The notes under the pieces: model-generated
Seen by the model: the letters and a program-made list of their open reading frames with translations, nothing else
Told to the model about the DNA's origin: nothing
Database searches by the model: none
NCBI GenBank assembly: GCA_000002445.1
Contig: CM000207.1
Span: 320,001 to 384,000 of the forward strand
DNA length: 64,000 nt
Direction of reading: 5' to 3'
Source: Trypanosoma brucei
Lineage: Eukaryota
Shown here: positions 32,335 through 43,033 of the stretch, one piece after another
Layout of the letters: each line of letters starts with the position of its first letter
Numbering within the stretch: the stretch's first letter is position 1
Program-made: the position numbers and the translations under genes

Positions 32335-34539
32335 TCACCACACTGCCCGATCCACAGAACAGCTACGAGAGCGATAAGCGGGACTTTCTGCACCCTCCTG
32401 CTGCCAAAACGTGGCATAGCGAAGGGCAGCATGACCCATCAATAGTGCATTCTCAATATGCAACTCAGTTAAAGACAACAACTGAGCGAGATTTGAAATG
32501 TTCCGGTGATTAATCACATCCGCCGACCCCCGTGAGAAGTGCTGCATTGCTTCCAATGCCAAACCCTTCCCACCACTGCTTTGCACCTGGATCAAAAGAA
32601 GTTCAGCATACAAGTGGTGTGGAAAAGTATCATCGCACCTGTAAATCTGCTTCGCTCTCAAGACAGACTCTTTCATCGCTGAGACCGCAGCGTCACGTTC
32701 GACTTCCTGGGTGTCTTCATCAAGTAAAAACAACTCACCTCCATCTTGCAATATTTTACAACAGCGCAACAGTGCCTCCACTAGCATGACCTTGGCCTGA
32801 CGCAGGGGTATCGGTAAGTATGGAACATTCTCGGGGTTCCGCTGCCCCACGACAGTGTCATATGTTTTGATAGCCTCCTTCAAGTCTGTGGTTGTCTGCA
32901 GAGCGTAAATAGCTGCGTCATCCATCCACTCCACTTCAGCCGAGGAACTCCCGAACACTTTAACTAAACGCTGCCGAAGTTCCGTGAGTACACGTTTGCC
33001 GTTGAACCCTTCCACCGCAGCAACTAAATGGCAACAGCGGAATACCGTTTGGAGCTCCGCTTTCCGGGCTAGTGGTTGCTGAGGCCAAGGGTTTGCCTCG
33101 TACAGACGGAGTAAATTAGAAACCAGTCGCCAACGCGGCTCTTTAGTAACCAAGTAGCGACTCGAGACTAATTGCAAGCACGCTACCACAGCCGTACGCT
33201 CTAGGCCCTTACCGTCAGTCACCAGTTCCTCAACAAGGGGACCAGCAACGGGGGATATCTTCACGACATTGCGAAAAGATTGTAATAAAATGGTGAGCAC
33301 CTCAGAATGGAGCGACCGCGGTGTATACGTCCCCCTAAATATTGTCCACAATGCCTCCCCATGTGCTGAGTGGCCAGTAGCGTGACATGCAGCAATAACA
33401 AAGGCATACGACTCGGCTGTTGGAACAAGAGAACGAAAAGACATTTGTGTTATTGTCGTGTCCAAATTAGCGAGTAGAGACACTGCCGTTGACCACCTAC
33501 CAGCAGCTGCAACAGCCTTCAACACACCCTCCGCATACGCACAACCTTCCTCGCCTGATACCACCAACTTCGTCTTGGACACTTCGCCACAAACAGAAAG
33601 AGCTTTTTCCCAAACAAACTGCCGGTGCGCTGAGCCAACCGTGCACTGAATACGATGAAACGTGTCTGCACTACGCCACAGAGCATCTAGAGCGTGCGTG
33701 TGTGTTGTCAAGGTTGTATCGTAGCCGGACGCAAGGGTTTCTTGGTACAGTGAAAGTGCATGAATCCATGGTCTAGGTCCTCCAAGTCCCGTCTTGTATC
33801 CGGTCATTAACCCCATCACTCTGTTAGTCATTTCTACGGGTGGGATTATGCTAGGATGCATACTTTTGGCAAAGTTTCTCAAATGCAAGGCAGCGGACCA
33901 TGAAACGTCAAGATGCATTAGATCCGTTAGTGACGTTGCTAAAACAGCCACTCCACTTTTCCGCATCTGAAATTCTACTCTCGCCACCAGTTCATTGTCC
34001 GCACCCTCCTGAGTGAAGCCCAGAAGTTTGTTGAAGGAGGAACCACGCTCCGCCCACCTCTCCGTTGCACGAGCCAAGTAGTTGGTAAAGCTTGTGCGTT
34101 CCTCTTCTGTGAAAGTCGACCATCGCTCATCCGTCGTACCTGTAGAAGCCTCCATTAACTTTTGGAATTCAGTGCGACCAACGCGCTCTTCCACATGGCG
34201 CTGCAGTAAAATGCAGGCGAGTGTCTTGAAGGTAGATGCTGTTGGAGACTCCCCATCTGCGTTTAGCAACACCTGTAGTGCATTCATTGCATCTCCTTTT
34301 GTTTCTGAACGCACAATTGCTCGTTTCACTTGCCGCGTCAAGGGGGTCTCCATCTCACCATTGGAAAGTGATACTCTCAACGTAGCATTTGACTGGATGA
34401 AGGAATCATGAGGCCAAACTGCCGTTAAAGATCCCTTTTTTGATGTTTGGGATGTGGCTGCAAGTGCTCGATGCCATGCTTGTACTTGAGTCCGCCTCCT
34501 CAGTGCACGAGAAAGTTTCTCAGTTACACGTGGTGGCAT
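32335..34539 (-). CDS. Large alpha-helical repeat protein (734 aa) with an Arg-rich N-terminus; possibly mitochondrial and PPR/TPR-like.
   Basis: ATG confirmed (plus 34537-34539 cat). The N-terminus MPPRVTEKLSRALRRRTQVQAWHRALAAT is presequence-like. The composition is helical and Leu/Ala-rich throughout. A (CT)n polypyrimidine tract plus AG lies 17 nt upstream of the ATG. Confidence 0.75.
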   Translation of the reverse strand: MPPRVTEKLSRALRRRTQVQAWHRALAATSQTSKKGSLTAVWPHDSFIQSNATLRVSLSNGEMETPLTRQVKRAIVRSETKGDAMNALQVLLNADGESPTASTFKTLACILLQRHVEERVGRTEFQKLMEASTGTTDERWSTFTEEERTSFTNYLARATERWAERGSSFNKLLGFTQEGADNELVARVEFQMRKSGVAVLATSLTDLMHLDVSWSAALHLRNFAKSMHPSIIPPVEMTNRVMGLMTGYKTGLGGPRPWIHALSLYQETLASGYDTTLTTHTHALDALWRSADTFHRIQCTVGSAHRQFVWEKALSVCGEVSKTKLVVSGEEGCAYAEGVLKAVAAAGRWSTAVSLLANLDTTITQMSFRSLVPTAESYAFVIAACHATGHSAHGEALWTIFRGTYTPRSLHSEVLTILLQSFRNVVKISPVAGPLVEELVTDGKGLERTAVVACLQLVSSRYLVTKEPRWRLVSNLLRLYEANPWPQQPLARKAELQTVFRCCHLVAAVEGFNGKRVLTELRQRLVKVFGSSSAEVEWMDDAAIYALQTTTDLKEAIKTYDTVVGQRNPENVPYLPIPLRQAKVMLVEALLRCCKILQDGGELFLLDEDTQEVERDAAVSAMKESVLRAKQIYRCDDTFPHHLYAELLLIQVQSSGGKGLALEAMQHFSRGSADVINHRNISNLAQLLSLTELHIENALLMGHAALRYATFWQQEGAESPAYRSRSCSVDRAVW

Positions 34540-34556
34540 GCCAGTTCATAAAGGAA

Positions 34557-34614
34557 TTTATGAACTGAGAGAGAAAGAGAGAAAGAGAGAAAGAGAGAGG
34601 GAGAGGGAGAGGGA
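34557..34614 (-). promoter_or_regulatory. A (GA/GAGAAA)n purine microsatellite that is a polypyrimidine tract on the coding strand, followed by AG. This is the probable trans-splice acceptor signal for the 32335-34539 gene.
   Basis: Plus gagagagaaagagagaaagagagaaagagagagggagagggagagggagagacagag. The minus strand reads (CT)n...ctctctcAG, with the ATG at 34539 about 17 nt further on. Confidence 0.5.
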
Positions 34615-35477
34615 GAGACAGAGCTTCAACCCCTCAACCAACTTATCACCCACCGTGAGGTCAAAGGGCAACAGTTGGGACTAAAAACCAACAGTGTCAA
34701 CAAGAAAAAAAAAAGAGTAAGTACGTGAAGGAGGGTAAAAAAAAAAAGAAAAAAAGGAAAAGAGGAAGAAAAACAAAAAAAGAAGGTACGAAAGGACAGC
34801 GTAGTCGCACGAACACTCTCATGTATAATTGGTGGTATTCTTCCCTCTTTTCTTTCACACACAAAAAGTTACCGACCATGTCTCACCTTTTCGCTTTCCA
34901 TTTCGTATCTTTGCGTCTAAACGCATCATTGCGACACTTTTCAAACCCCAAACACAAATTGATTCCTGCAAAGAGTATAAAAGCTAAAACCGCACATGGA
35001 GGTGCTTGTCCGTTCGCGTATCACCACTAATGTACAGGAAAAAAAAATTAAATAGGACGAATATCTGCTAAAGGTAAGTAGAGGAGAGGGGGGGAAAAAA
35101 AAGGAAGATGGGGCTCCTTTTTGCCTTCCTTAAAGGATGATACCAAGAAACTGAAGTCAGTTGACGTAGAAGATTCCGCAACGGATTTTCTTTCTTTAAA
35201 AAAAGGAAAAACCGAAAAAGCCAGAGCGATTTCTGACACATTTTGGACGGAGGAAGGAAATATATTAGAACCATAGGAAGAATGAAAAATACATATAACC
35301 GTGCACACATGTACGCATACACGGGTGATTACTCCCAACTATAAACTGCTGCCTTCTCGCTACAAACTAGTGTAACATAACAAGGGAAAATGAGTACCAT
35401 GTTAGCATGCATTAACTTCGCTCCTTTTTTTATTTTTTTGCAGTATACTCTTTTTAAAATCTTATGTTTGTGCTCCT

Positions 35478-36773
35478 TCAAGTAACTATATGATGCATCG
35501 CACAAATCATATCCCCCAACTTCTCCCGCAGTACCACAGAAGAATCATCCTCCGAAAGATTTTTTTCTACTTCCACCTTTTCTGCCTTTGCATCACCACT
35601 ACTTCCGCCGTGTGAAGCCACACACCATTTTTCAACTGCCTCGTGTATTGCCAATGGTTGCATACGACTAATTGCATTAAAATGATTTGGAGTGCAGGAG
35701 TCATGGGAGGTCGCCATATATTGACGAATATTCATCACGTCCCCATCAATTGCTACCACGGCAGCCATATTTCCATACGTTCCACAGTAATTCGATGCGG
35801 AAAAAACACAAACCACAGCTGGAACTCCCTTCGGGGTGTGACGATACAGTTTGTAACCTCCCGGCTGCGTCTCGTGGCCACGTATGACTGTGCAAAGATT
35901 ATTCGCCTCCAGAAACCGACAAACTGCCTCATAACTGTAGTTGTATGAGCAACCACGTTTGGTATTGAAAACAAACAACTCTTCAGAGGGAGTTGCACAG
36001 TCGGTGTCGTCTCCAAACATGGGATCAGACCAGAGCAAATCGCACATGGGACCCGTCGACGGTGTTTCCCTGAAACGGTTAACAGTGTCAATTTCTCCAA
36101 GATAAGTTAACAATGGCGATAAACCGCCGTGCACACAGAAAAACCTATCATTTACAACACATGAGAGTGGAAAGCAGTCAAACGCTGCCATAATCTCTTC
36201 GTACACCATTGACGAATACTTGCTCTCAATCTCCTGCTTGAAGTTGAAACACGACGTTAGTTGTCGTGATTCGTGATTGCCACGTAGTAGTATGAAGGAA
36301 CGAGGGTACAGTAGCTTAAACGACATGCAGAGGAGTACAATTTCTGCACTAAAATCCCCGCGGTCCACGTAGTCTCCAAGAAAAACATATTGCTGCACGC
36401 TGGGATGACCATTAACTTCTAACAATGTCAGTAAGTCATGAAACTGCCCGTGAAGATCCCCACACACGACAGCAGATCCCTTTAATCGTACAACATTTGG
36501 CTCCTCTTTCATGATTAATGCACAGCGGTGGACAATGTTCAATGCATCCTCTACATGAAGTCGCCATCCTCTCCCAAAATGAACTTTAATATTATCTGCA
36601 AGCGGGGCGCCATCATTATCAAATACCAAATGGTGCGGCAACACGAGAGTCGGAAGTATCTGAGGATTACTGCCGGGAGATTCATCTGCATGAGATTTTT
36701 TCCAAACATATTCCCGTTCCTTCAAACCATCACGCCCACGTGTTAGCTCATGGTGTGAAGCACCACTCGACAT
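35478..36773 (-). CDS. PPP-family Ser/Thr protein phosphatase, calcineurin A (PP2B catalytic subunit)-like.
   Basis: Motifs GDLHGQ, GDYVDRG and LRGNHE are present. A long collinear match to the PP2B catalytic core runs FKQE..KYS....FDC.PL...F.CVHGGLSP...RF.E.P..GPMCDLLWSDP...RGCSY.YSY.AVC.FL..NNL..IRGHE...GY..YR...FSA.NY...Y.N.AAV....VMNIRQ. The C-terminus is short, with no obvious calmodulin-binding or autoinhibitory segment. Confidence 0.9.
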   Translation of the reverse strand: MSSGASHHELTRGRDGLKEREYVWKKSHADESPGSNPQILPTLVLPHHLVFDNDGAPLADNIKVHFGRGWRLHVEDALNIVHRCALIMKEEPNVVRLKGSAVVCGDLHGQFHDLLTLLEVNGHPSVQQYVFLGDYVDRGDFSAEIVLLCMSFKLLYPRSFILLRGNHESRQLTSCFNFKQEIESKYSSMVYEEIMAAFDCFPLSCVVNDRFFCVHGGLSPLLTYLGEIDTVNRFRETPSTGPMCDLLWSDPMFGDDTDCATPSEELFVFNTKRGCSYNYSYEAVCRFLEANNLCTVIRGHETQPGGYKLYRHTPKGVPAVVCVFSASNYCGTYGNMAAVVAIDGDVMNIRQYMATSHDSCTPNHFNAISRMQPLAIHEAVEKWCVASHGGSSGDAKAEKVEVEKNLSEDDSSVVLREKLGDMICAMHHIVT

Positions 36774-37351
36774 CTATAAGGTAACGCAAATAACCCCCGA
36801 GAACAATATATGTTCTTCCTTTTTTTATTGTTTAATAAATAAAAAATGGTAATAATAATAATAATGAACTCTTAAAATAATTTTAAAAAAATAGGATGCA
36901 ACAACCTAAAAAAGTGAAAAAAAAATCTCAGAAAACATAGTGAATTCCCCTAAACACCTGACAATGGGGAAAAACATACAACATCAATTTTTAAAAAAAA
37001 TAAAAGGAAATAATAAAAGAATTTATCACACGTAGGGCACGAAGTCCAAAAAAAAAAAAAGAACCGCAGCGGGATTAACAGGAAAAGATGAAGATTTTGA
37101 AATCAGGAAAGATAAAAAGAAAAAAAAACAGAAACGTCGTGTAAGGAAGACACGACGGCACTATCACAGTACCAACCAACTCCCACCGAAATGTGGAAAA
37201 ACAAAAACAATAACCCGAAAAAAAAAAAGCAACACTACCAACTGAGAAAAGGGATTTTTAAAAAAAAATCCATACCACAATATTTTCTCTCTGCTATGGC
37301 AGATGTTTCTTTCTTCTTCTTCCTTTCTTCTTTTTTTTTTTTCAATGCCAT

Positions 37352-38746
37352 CTAATCGTCATCGTCTGAAGAAGTTTCTTCAAAGGATGGCTCCTCCTCC
37401 TCCTCCTCCTCCTCAGAGTTGGAGTCGGAACTTCCCCGGCGTGGTCTTTTCTTACCCGCTTTCTTAACTGGTTTCACAACCCTCTTAGTTGGTGCTTTCT
37501 TTGCTGAGCCCGAAGTTGTGGGGGCTTTCTTTGATATACTCGACTTTGATACCGAAGGTTTCAGCGTGGGTTTTCCCGGACCACCGCTTCGTGATGGTTT
37601 TGATTGTGAAGCCTTCCGATCCGCCGGACTTATTTTTAAGCACGCCTCCACGTGTTGTCGGTGCCGCGAAACAACCGCCTTCTTACATATTGGGCACTGC
37701 TCCTCCACAATGCATGTGCCAACAAGTGTATGAAGTTCATCCTGAGCATCAGACTCGCCAGCACGCCGGCGTGCCGCACGTTGTGTGCGCTCAACCGCCT
37801 TTTCCCGTTCCGCGCGCTCGCGCCACTCCTCAAGTCCTACCAAATCAATAAGATGCTGATTTACTGGATAATAAGGAAATCCAAACGCCTTCTTGCACGA
37901 GCCACACTTCACTTCAGTGTCGTACATGGTAACATCGTAATCGAAACCACGTTGGCAGTTTGGACAGGCGTGAAGGGCAGTGGCACATCCAAAGCGGCAC
38001 AGACACGTTTCACAATGCACTTTTTTTCCAGCTGGACCCATAAACAATGTGTAATGTTGCTTGGAATCCGGTTCCCAGGAAGTACGACATTGTGGGCAGC
38101 GCACAACAGTACGATTGTAAATACCACCAACTCGTGGCGTGCCTATTAATGCACGATTCGTAGACACAGATGGAGGAACTGCGGATGCAAGAAACATGAA
38201 ATCCTCATTACCCGCATCACTATCAGCAGTATCCTCTCCATTGGTATCTTCATCCTTGTCGCTACTCATGTCGCCCTCGTCATCGCGAAGAACAAAATCA
38301 TCCTCAACTATTGGTTTCGTCCGCTGTGGTATTATCTTTTTGACTGCTTCTTGCTTTTGCAACGTACTCGTGTGTGTTGTCCCTCTGGCTGCGACCTCCA
38401 CCAGTTGCTTTGGTTTCGCTTTCTTTACTCCTCCCTCAACCGTCTTTCTCTTATTCTTTTGTTTTTCCTCCTTTGCTTTTTGCGCCTGAAGGGTTTTGCG
38501 GTATTTCGGGTCTGCCACCTTCTCAAACGCACGTACCAGTTTCTGAAAGACTTCTGTTGCCTTTTCAAACCGGTTCTTTAGTTTATCCGGGTGGAGAATT
38601 CCCGCAAGTCGAATATAATTACGCCTCGCATCTGCAACCGACGTCTCGATAGTCACCACAGGAAGTTCAGGTGCTAATGAAAGTAACTGCAACACCGCCT
38701 CATCAGGACAGTCAAGAACTGACTGCGCAAGAACCACGACGTCCAT
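37352..38746 (-). CDS. J-domain protein with Cys-rich zinc ribbons, a UBZ4-type (C2HC, RAD18-like) zinc finger and a poly-Glu/Asp C-terminal tail.
   Basis: J-domain: ARRNYIRLAGILHPDKL...FQKLVRAFEKVADPKYRKT, with the HPD motif. The middle has several CxxC pairs (CPQCRTSW, CETCLCRFGC, CPNCQRGF, CGSCKKAF). CPICKKAVVSRHRQHVEAC fits C-x2-C-x7-H-x2-H-x3-C, which is UBZ4-like. The C-terminal EEEEEEEE is encoded by the (CTC)n run at 37391-37415. Confidence 0.8.
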   Translation of the reverse strand: MDVVVLAQSVLDCPDEAVLQLLSLAPELPVVTIETSVADARRNYIRLAGILHPDKLKNRFEKATEVFQKLVRAFEKVADPKYRKTLQAQKAKEEKQKNKRKTVEGGVKKAKPKQLVEVAARGTTHTSTLQKQEAVKKIIPQRTKPIVEDDFVLRDDEGDMSSDKDEDTNGEDTADSDAGNEDFMFLASAVPPSVSTNRALIGTPRVGGIYNRTVVRCPQCRTSWEPDSKQHYTLFMGPAGKKVHCETCLCRFGCATALHACPNCQRGFDYDVTMYDTEVKCGSCKKAFGFPYYPVNQHLIDLVGLEEWRERAEREKAVERTQRAARRRAGESDAQDELHTLVGTCIVEEQCPICKKAVVSRHRQHVEACLKISPADRKASQSKPSRSGGPGKPTLKPSVSKSSISKKAPTTSGSAKKAPTKRVVKPVKKAGKKRPRRGSSDSNSEEEEEEEEPSFEETSSDDDD

Positions 38747-40345
38747 TTTTTATCTTGCTAAATTAATATGGTTGTCTGATTGATTAAAATAAGAGATTAG
38801 AAGATCAGTGAGGACCCGTGAAAAAAAAAAAGGAGGGGGAAACAAAAAAAAGAAGACTTCAATAACTCAAGAGATAATGACAATATCAATGGTAAATAAT
38901 ATACACAAATAAACAGAGAGAAGGAAAAGTGTCTGTAGCGTCGTGCATCATTCACACACACTTTTCACTCTTATTTATTTATTTACTTCTTGTTTTCATC
39001 CTTATTCGTTTTATTATTATTATCATTTTTTTTTTTTGCTTGAAGGGCTAACGCATGCATATATATAAATAAACATATATAATCAACAGAAGACACCAAA
39101 TCACAACAACTCAAATAAAAGAAAACAGCCGAGCATTAGGAGAAAGAAAAAGAAAAGTAAAAAAGGAAAAAAGAAAGCAATAAAAATGGGAGTGAAAGCT
39201 GACAACTGAGAGATTTTCGAGCGTCATCCAACAATTTAACTGCAGCACTGCTAATAATTTTATTGTCACTTTCTTTCTTTCTTTCTCTTTTAGTTTCATA
39301 GCTTAAAAGTAAATGCTCACGGTTGTGTTTTACACAAGCAGAAGGAAAGTATTGGAAGTTTATCAAGTGATTCATCGCCAACACCACCGAATGAATAACA
39401 TAAACTATCAGAAAAAAAAAGTGAGAAGGGTTTTAAAAAAAAAAGAAAAAGAAAAAAACACATAAAAAATATAGAAGCTAACAAATCACACAATAATAAG
39501 TAAAACTTTAAAAAAAAAAACAACCTCGCACTCACCACCATACTAAAACAAAACTCAAAACTGCTCTAAAGAGCAGTACCACGCAATTGTCATTATTTTT
39601 ATATTACTAGCAACGTGAAAGCATAATGCTTCGTTGACGTTACAAAGTGGTAACAAAACAAAAGTAATAATGATGACAACGGTAGTGAGGTGAGTAATTT
39701 GGTTTCATTACGATGGTTAAAACGTCATATTCACTTCATCCTATTATCATTATTGTTATCGCAGCCAATGCAATCGGCTCTTGAAGTGGAGAGAAAATCC
39801 CCTCCCCCCCCTCCACACACACACACACGTCATTGCACACGTTAGGGTGGTGGCTGAACAACAACAACAAAAAAAAAAAAAAGAAATAACATAAAAGTGA
39901 GATGAAGCGTGTGAAGAAAGGTGGAAGAAAAAAAAAAAGGAAAAAGACACACATACATATACACATACTTTTCAACAGCTGGTCATTAACTAAGCTCGTT
40001 TCCCCACCCCTTTTACAAACAGACGCGGTGCGAATCCTCATTTCACCCATACGTGGCCATACATCTACTATAAATATATATATATATTTATTTATAAATA
40101 AATGTAATTAAATCTGTATAACTATAAATACGCACGCCACAAAACTGACGAGCTAATACGCTTGAAAAGTAACGAATTAAGAACAAAAAAATATTACATT
40201 TGCGCCACTTTCCCCTGGTCACGTTGCTAAGTTTCCTTTCAGTTTCTTGTTTTTCTCTTCGAACTTCCCGTGCGAGAGAGAGAAAACAAAAGGAGACGTC
40301 ACCAGTCACGACAACAGCACCAAAAAAAAAAAAAGAGAAACGAAG

Positions 40346-41812
40346 TTAGTCCCAGACAACAGACTTCAAGCGGTTCATAAATCCCACTCGACCAAAAGTG
40401 GAACTACCTTTGCGCAGCGCAAGTCCCCTATTTTCCTCATCACTTACCGTTTCAACCTCTATCATATCCCAATGATCACTTAATGGTTCGACATAAACCC
40501 ACTCCTTTACTTCCCTTCGCTCAGTTTCCGTTTGCTTGTGCATATGACGTTGCACAATTTCTACAATAAGGGGAGCCTTCGCTTGTATAAAAGGATGCTC
40601 ACGTATCACCGCAACAGTGGCACGTTCAAATGAGTTTGTTTTCACTAATGACTCCACAAGCGACTTGGCATCATCCGATACATTGGCCCAATGCGGACCG
40701 ACGCAGCGGATGCCTTTCAGCATATTTTGGTAAAGAGAACTAAAGCATCGCGTAGCCACAGGCATATGACCACACAACAAAACATATGCTACAACACCTA
40801 AGCTGTACATATCCGCAAGATGCATCGTCTCTCCCAACGCCTCATACACACGGCGACGTTCCACGACAGCGCGTATATTCTCTGGAGAAGTGTAACCTGC
40901 GGTTCCACAAGGTACAAAAAGTTGTGTTTCGCACTGTTTCACATACTCCGCAAGGCCAAAGTCGATGATCATCACCCTTTTGAAGTCGTGCGAAAGAACG
41001 ATGTTTTCAAGCTTTATATCACGATGCACTATTCCTTTCTTGTGGTAAAGGTAGTCAAGACCTTCTGCCACCTGCAGGACAACATTTGCCACAAGAACTT
41101 CTACGTCGTATTTATATTCCTTAGCTAACCTCCATGCTTGCATGAGCGAACCGCCATCACCTGCTTCCATAACAATAACAAGGTGATGTGGTGTCTGCAA
41201 TACCTCCAATAGTTTTGCAACATTATGATGATCCACATCTTGCATTATTTCCAACTCTGTTACAATTTTCTTCCACGAACGATAGGTCACAACCGATGCT
41301 TTAGTTATTACTTTAAGTGCCACACGCCTTCTACAGGGATAACTCCGGTCTTCGCATTTATACACAGAGCCAAACCCACCTTTACCAATCATAGCTCCCT
41401 CAAAGAATGTTGGGAAGCGGTCTGTTATACTTTCATAATAAACATAATCTCCAACATTGAATTCAGAGAGGGATGTGTAACATGAATGCATGAGTGCGTT
41501 AATGCTGCGGCTGTCGAGAAATGACATAATGAGACGCGCCACGCTTCCATCACGCTTCCCCGTACGTAAGTTACGCAAACTTCTAAACACAGCGGGAAAC
41601 TTGCAGGAGTTGCACCGCCGTAAGCGTCGCCCACCATATGTAGCAGTGCATGGGGCACAATTGTCACAAAATATCCGTCCACACCACTGGCAGTGTTGTT
41701 TACTGACGAGTAGTGAAAACTTCTTGCGGCACAGGCGGTTCTCACAGGCATCTGTTGAGCACCAGTCGCGTCGCTGCTCACCGGGAATTACTAATTCATG
41801 CTCCCCGCGCAT
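40346..41812 (-). CDS. Protein kinase with an N-terminal FYVE-like zinc finger.
   Basis: The track start at 41836 is TTG; the ATG is at 41812 (MRGEHELVI...). The N-terminus WCSTDACENRLCRKKFSLLVSKQHCQWCGRIFCDNCAP is a FYVE-type Cys arrangement that lacks the canonical R(R/K)HHCR basic patch. The kinase core has HRDIKLENIVL, IIDFGLAEY and GTAGYTSPE. Confidence 0.85.
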   Translation of the reverse strand: MRGEHELVIPGEQRRDWCSTDACENRLCRKKFSLLVSKQHCQWCGRIFCDNCAPCTATYGGRRLRRCNSCKFPAVFRSLRNLRTGKRDGSVARLIMSFLDSRSINALMHSCYTSLSEFNVGDYVYYESITDRFPTFFEGAMIGKGGFGSVYKCEDRSYPCRRRVALKVITKASVVTYRSWKKIVTELEIMQDVDHHNVAKLLEVLQTPHHLVIVMEAGDGGSLMQAWRLAKEYKYDVEVLVANVVLQVAEGLDYLYHKKGIVHRDIKLENIVLSHDFKRVMIIDFGLAEYVKQCETQLFVPCGTAGYTSPENIRAVVERRRVYEALGETMHLADMYSLGVVAYVLLCGHMPVATRCFSSLYQNMLKGIRCVGPHWANVSDDAKSLVESLVKTNSFERATVAVIREHPFIQAKAPLIVEIVQRHMHKQTETERREVKEWVYVEPLSDHWDMIEVETVSDEENRGLALRKGSSTFGRVGFMNRLKSVVWD

Positions 41813-41832
41813 GACTGCACAACTTAACACAC

Positions 41833-41868
<36 letters not shown>

Positions 41869-42610
41869 GTAGAAGAAAAAAAAAGAAGAAAAGAAGAAAA
41901 AGGTAACGAAGAAATTACAGAACTGTGGCGTTAGATGTATCATCTCCGATGAGGTCACCACACCCACATGTGAGAAATGTATATGTATATGCAGTACTAA
42001 CGTAACGACACCGAACAAGAAGTAAATTTTTAAAAAGATCACAAGAGACAAAAAACAAAAACAAAAAACAAAAACAAAGGACACACAAAAATAATTTTAC
42101 AGATTGACAACCCGACACCTACATAGACCAAAACTTACCACCCGTTTAACGGAAACCCTCCCCTTCCCTCTCGATAGAATGCACAAGAGGCATCCAAGAC
42201 AGCTGTAGTTAATAAACGATAAGTTAATCGAGACAGACAAAAAAAGAAAAAAAAGAAAACCAAGACGGTAACCCTTCACAAAGGACAATGTATGGCACAA
42301 ATATCCCCCATCTTTTTTTTTTGAAATGTCGTGCGCGTTCTCTAAGGTTGCATAACACAACCGAAACTCGCACAAACCAATAACAGACCATCGGTTCCAA
42401 CAACTCAATGAATACAGTAGACGGATTTTACACTGGAATGTTTGCATGACTTGGAAGTTAGCCACGAAATGACACCGTCGCGACAGAAAATAATAATAAT
42501 AATAAATAATAACACAAATTGACAAGACGCATAATCCCCGCATCGCCCCCGTTTGGCCACCTTCACCCGGGTAAGGCTTCTTCCCCCTTTTCCTATAATT
42601 TACTGTCATA

Positions 42611-43033
42611 TTACAGTTTTCCAATTGCATGGTACCACATACGTTTAATTCCTTGAGGTTCCTCATCTACTGCTTGAAGAGCTGAATCCCCCTCAAGGGC
42701 CTGTCGTACTGCCATATCGTGTCGAGCCCCACATCGTTTCAACTCAGCCATCGGCTCTTTGCAGTTGGAAATTTCAAACATTCCAACCATCATGCACTGG
42801 TGAAGTTTCTCCGCCTCTCCTGCGCAAGCTCCAATAAGGTTAAACTTTCTGTAATCATACAAACCTTCCCCTTGTTTCGCTGTCCAGTCCTTAATACACG
42901 AATAATATCCCAATCGCTGATTCTCACAAGCTCCCTTTGGTCTGTCGGGCCCGTAGTCGAACTCCTTCAAGCACGAGCGCCATAATGTTGCCTCGACTGC
43001 GCAGGGGGCGGGATCCACAACCGGTACTGGCAT
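42611..43033 (-). CDS. Double CHCH-domain protein (four CX9C motifs), NDUFA8-like.
   Basis: CAVEATLWRSC, CENQRLGYYSC, CAGEAEKLHQC and CKEPMAELKRC are four C-x9-C pairs, i.e. two twin-CX9C CHCH folds as in the complex I subunit NDUFA8. ATG confirmed. Confidence 0.75.
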   Translation of the reverse strand: MPVPVVDPAPCAVEATLWRSCLKEFDYGPDRPKGACENQRLGYYSCIKDWTAKQGEGLYDYRKFNLIGACAGEAEKLHQCMMVGMFEISNCKEPMAELKRCGARHDMAVRQALEGDSALQAVDEEPQGIKRMWYHAIGKL

